Shown here: one piece after another, positions 60,808 through 64,000 of the stretch | Layout of the letters: the number at the start of each line of letters is the position of its first letter | Position numbering within the stretch: the stretch's first letter is position 1 | Assembly (NCBI GenBank): GCA_051532055.1 | Contig: JAOPTX010000044.1 | Location: forward strand, 34,945-98,944 | DNA: 64,000 nt | Source: Fibrobacterales bacterium | GTDB taxonomy: Bacteria > Fibrobacterota > Fibrobacteria > Fibrobacterales > JAOPTW01 | Direction of reading: 5' to 3' | Position numbers and translations under genes: made by a program | Notes under the pieces: model-generated | What the model was told of the DNA's origin: nothing | Database searches by the model: none | Seen by the model: the letters and a program-made list of their open reading frames with translations, nothing else

Positions 60808-62040
60808 ATGAATAACTTATCGAGAATTATACTCACGTTACTTGTGGCTTCAGGTAGCGTGTATGCAGATTACATATCTGCTCGAGTAAAAGCAGGTGCG
60901 TATTATCTGGAAAGTAAAGATGAATCAGTTGATCAAAATATTTTTCAATATCATGCGCTGAACTCATCATTTGAAAAAAGCGGTGTATTCGCATTACTAT
61001 CAGGGAGTTACTCTGATATATATAAAAACCGGGGGTCGGAGTATACTAATGACTATCGGTTATCACTTGCAAAGGCTGGGTATACAACACCATCGGGAAA
61101 TGTTACCGGTGCAGTCGGTCGTATGTATAACACTTTTATAGATAGAAGTGTTTGGCTGGATGGGCTTGACTTGCAGTACACCATTAAAAATATGCTGACG
61201 CTACAGGCTTATGGTGGGTACGTTGTTCCGACAGCCTATGATGATGATTTCATACATACGGATTCTGAATTTTTGACCACTGGTGGAAGCATTGAATTCA
61301 CCGGACTGAAGAATATAGTTCTGCTGGCTGATTATGTAAAAGCATCGAAGGATGATAAAGGAACTGTCGGTCTGGGGGCCAATGTGATACTCCAAGAAAA
61401 ATATGACCTGTTTACGAACGGGGTTTGGGATTTTGAAACGTCATCTCTCGATCATGCTAATGTTTCGGGACGGATTAATGTAAGGAACAATGACCAATTA
61501 CTGCTCTCTTATACCTTTGATGATGCAGAGCAGGATACCACTCGGTACTTTGATTTGTTAGACCACCCCACTAGCAACTTGATTCAGGGAGGGTACCTAT
61601 ATAATGTAAATCAAAAATTGCACATGACTCTGAATTATGGATTATTACTCTATGAAGATGAAACAGCTCGGGAACCTGAGGATGTTATTGCCCATATGAT
61701 CGATGCACGGGTTACTGGCTACGGTGCCTATGTGAGCTTTACCAAAGAGTTTGATAGTGACACCGAAATGCAGGAGGCGACAGCAGGGTATGAATACAAA
61801 ATATTGGATAACCTGTTAGCCGGGGTAAATGCTGGATTCATGAGGTATAAATGGAGCGATGATAAGGGGGAGAGCAAAAAGGAGTTTAAGAATTCTAAAT
61901 TTGTTGCAGTGGTATGTGAATATGCCGTTATCAAAAATCTATGGCTGAATCTAGAGTATGAATTTTTGAGTAATCGAGAGTATTCTCAGGATCATCGAGT
62001 GTTTGCTGGACTTAACTATTCATTCATGAAGGGGCTGTAA
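60808..62040 (+). CDS. Outer-membrane beta-barrel (putative porin of a porin-cytochrome conduit)
   Basis: Signal peptide, many alternating amphipathic strands, terminal strand RVFAGLNYSF; lies among cytochrome genes. Confidence 0.7.
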   Translation: MNNLSRIILTLLVASGSVYADYISARVKAGAYYLESKDESVDQNIFQYHALNSSFEKSGVFALLSGSYSDIYKNRGSEYTNDYRLSLAKAGYTTPSGNVTGAVGRMYNTFIDRSVWLDGLDLQYTIKNMLTLQAYGGYVVPTAYDDDFIHTDSEFLTTGGSIEFTGLKNIVLLADYVKASKDDKGTVGLGANVILQEKYDLFTNGVWDFETSSLDHANVSGRINVRNNDQLLLSYTFDDAEQDTTRYFDLLDHPTSNLIQGGYLYNVNQKLHMTLNYGLLLYEDETAREPEDVIAHMIDARVTGYGAYVSFTKEFDSDTEMQEATAGYEYKILDNLLAGVNAGFMRYKWSDDKGESKKEFKNSKFVAVVCEYAVIKNLWLNLEYEFLSNREYSQDHRVFAGLNYSFMKGL

Positions 62041-62041
62041 C

Positions 62042-62839
62042 ATGAGCATTAAAATATTTATAACAAGCCTGATGATTGTAATAGGTGTGTATGGCACGGG
62101 AAGTGCACAGAACTTTTTGAAAGACAATACATTTTCTCACACTTACCATGTTGTTGAAGAAGAAGTGGGCTGTACTGACTGCCATACAGAAATTAATGCT
62201 GCTGGTTCTATTGGCGCAATACAGAGTGTTAAGGCGTCAGTATGTACTGATTGTCATGAAGATGATATTACAGAGGAACAAATACTGGAAGTGACTTTTG
62301 ATGATAAAAGTTTTCAGTTGTTTAAAAAGAGGTTACCAGGTGAATTGTTCTTCTCTCATGAAAGTCATATTAAAAGGGATACGAGCAGTAGCGAAAATAA
62401 AAAATGTTCGAGTTGTCATGGAGATATAACTCCAAAAGGGGAAACTCCTACAGCACTCCCTACCATGGCAAGTTGTGTTACCTGTCATACGGAGCAGCAA
62501 GCAAGTATCACATGTGCAACATGCCATCCAACGGCTGTTCGTCCCGTATCGCAGAAAACGGCACCGACTACATTTCTACCAAGTTCACACAAATCAGGTG
62601 TATGGCTCAGTGGAGATTTTCATGGTCGTGATGCGCAATTCAAAAAACAGGATTGCAGTATGTGCCACAAAGATGAAAGTACTTGTACTGATTGCCACCT
62701 TGGGCTAAATGGGAAAAAAGTACATGGATTGAATTATGAGTATACCCATGGTATGGATGTTAAATTTAAAAGAAAAAACTGCTCTACCTGTCATGTGCCG
62801 GTTGAACAATTCTGTGGCGATTGTCACTTTTCAAAGTAG
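62042..62839 (+). CDS. Periplasmic nonaheme c-type cytochrome (c3/c7-like modules)
   Basis: Signal peptide; FSH..H motifs; nine CxxCH in 265 aa. Confidence 0.9.
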   Translation: MSIKIFITSLMIVIGVYGTGSAQNFLKDNTFSHTYHVVEEEVGCTDCHTEINAAGSIGAIQSVKASVCTDCHEDDITEEQILEVTFDDKSFQLFKKRLPGELFFSHESHIKRDTSSSENKKCSSCHGDITPKGETPTALPTMASCVTCHTEQQASITCATCHPTAVRPVSQKTAPTTFLPSSHKSGVWLSGDFHGRDAQFKKQDCSMCHKDESTCTDCHLGLNGKKVHGLNYEYTHGMDVKFKRKNCSTCHVPVEQFCGDCHFSK

Positions 62840-62849
62840 GGAGTGAAGT

Positions 62850-63404
62850 ATGAACATAAAGATATTTCTTGTAATAGTACTTGTTCTCTGGTTTGTTGGA
62901 TGTAGTAAACTTGATTCTGATGGTTCTGCTGAATTAGAAAAAGATACTTGTGCATCATGCCATGGATTACCACCAGAATCAGGGATTCATAGTCTCGCTC
63001 AATCAAATAGTTATGGGTATAGCTGTGGTGAATGCCATAAAGGGTATAGAGTAGATAGTGTTTTAGCGACTAATGCTCTCCTTCATACAAATGGAGTAGT
63101 GAATGTCGAATATAACTCTCTTCCTGGTATGAGGAAAACAATGGTAGGGGTGACCTGCTCAAATATTGCATGCCATGGTGCGGAAATGAGTAATAATTCA
63201 GGAATTGTGTGGAATAGTAGTTCTAATTTGGGTGATACCGTTGGATGTCAAACATGTCATAGTACAGGGGTCGGTTTAGTAACAGGACATAGAGGCGGGA
63301 ATGGCGCATGCTTTGGCTGTCATAGTACTGTTGTAGAGGGCACGATTGATGCTATGACCATTAAGGATTACACAAAACATATTAACGGACAAGTGGATTT
63401 TTAA
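62850..63404 (+). CDS. Lipoprotein multiheme cytochrome with CxxxxCH...CxxCH module
   Basis: Lipobox FVGC; CASCH, CGECH, CSNIACH, CQTCH, CFGCH; H.NG motifs. Confidence 0.85.
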   Translation: MNIKIFLVIVLVLWFVGCSKLDSDGSAELEKDTCASCHGLPPESGIHSLAQSNSYGYSCGECHKGYRVDSVLATNALLHTNGVVNVEYNSLPGMRKTMVGVTCSNIACHGAEMSNNSGIVWNSSSNLGDTVGCQTCHSTGVGLVTGHRGGNGACFGCHSTVVEGTIDAMTIKDYTKHINGQVDF

Positions 63405-63423
63405 AATCAAACAAGGAGATACA

Positions 63424-63966
63424 ATGAAAGTTAGTGTAATAAGTCTCGTATTTATTCTAGGAATATTTTGGGTAGGTACAGTACAGGCTGCAGACCCAGC
63501 ACATAAGTTTGTCGGTGCTGGTAAATGTAAAACATGCCATAAAAAGAAGAAGGATGGTGAACAATATCAGCAATGGCAGAAATCCGGTCATGCTCAAGCA
63601 TATAAAACCTTAGGAACTGCCGAGGCTAAAGAAGTTGCGAAAAAGAATGGCGTCACCGGTGATCCTCAAAAAGCACCGCAGTGTTTGAAGTGCCATGTTA
63701 CGGCATATGGTGTTGATGCAAAATATTTAGATAAGAGCTACAAAATGGAGGATGGCGTACAATGTGAAAGTTGCCATGGGCCGGGAAAAGATTACAAAAA
63801 GAAAAAGGTTATGAAAGACCATGCGAAATCAATTGCAGCAGGAATGATTGTTCCCGATGAAAAAATGTGTAAGACTTGTCATAATAAAGAGTCGCCAACC
63901 TACAAACCTTTTGATTATAAGAAGAAGTATAAAAAGGTTGATCATCCCATACCAGGGAAAAAGTAA
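63424..63966 (+). CDS. Periplasmic tetraheme cytochrome (c554-like), Lys-rich
   Basis: Signal peptide; FVGAGKCKTCH, W..S.HA, CLKCH, GVQCESCHGPG, CKTCH. Confidence 0.9.
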   Translation: MKVSVISLVFILGIFWVGTVQAADPAHKFVGAGKCKTCHKKKKDGEQYQQWQKSGHAQAYKTLGTAEAKEVAKKNGVTGDPQKAPQCLKCHVTAYGVDAKYLDKSYKMEDGVQCESCHGPGKDYKKKKVMKDHAKSIAAGMIVPDEKMCKTCHNKESPTYKPFDYKKKYKKVDHPIPGKK

Positions 63967-64000
63967 ACGATTAGCTATGATAGACATTTCAACAGAAAAG

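Noticed and set aside
60808..62839. Calling the porin and cytochrome MtrB and MtrA
   Set aside because: Barrel is only 410 aa, and the cytochrome has nine hemes with c3/c7-like spacing.
1..64000. CRISPR arrays, IS elements, prophage genes, rRNA
   Set aside because: No repeat-spacer arrays, transposases, integrases, phage structural genes or rRNA-like sequence recognised.

Overview
Bacterial chromosomal segment, probably from a Fibrobacterota-like (FCB group) organism. This is inferred from a PorV-like gene and two TGCNC-N4-GTGCA SOS-box-like operators, not from marker genes. Bases 1-45.3 kb are mostly housekeeping and accessory genes: GH2-like glycosidases, gmhB, a radical SAM enzyme, tRNA-Lys, a diguanylate cyclase, mfd-PPIase-surA-ftsE, nadE, two CheY-like proteins, pgi, an ankyrin protein, topB, dinB, a SRAP-umuD-umuC cassette, xseAB and tyrS. 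From 45.5 kb to the window end lies a coherent ~18.5 kb multiheme cytochrome locus. It holds system II cytochrome c maturation genes, two lipoprotein multiheme cytochromes and a hemA-kinase-sigma54 activator operon. Each of the two lipoprotein cytochrome genes has a sigma54 promoter and the same CACCA-N4-TGGTG upstream palindrome. A divergent operon encodes an ImcH-like and a CbcL-like inner-membrane cytochrome, a beta-barrel porin and three more multiheme cytochromes. I count 48 CxxCH motifs plus one CX3CH and one CX4CH. The locus looks like a complete, self-regulated porin-cytochrome extracellular electron transfer system and may continue beyond the window.
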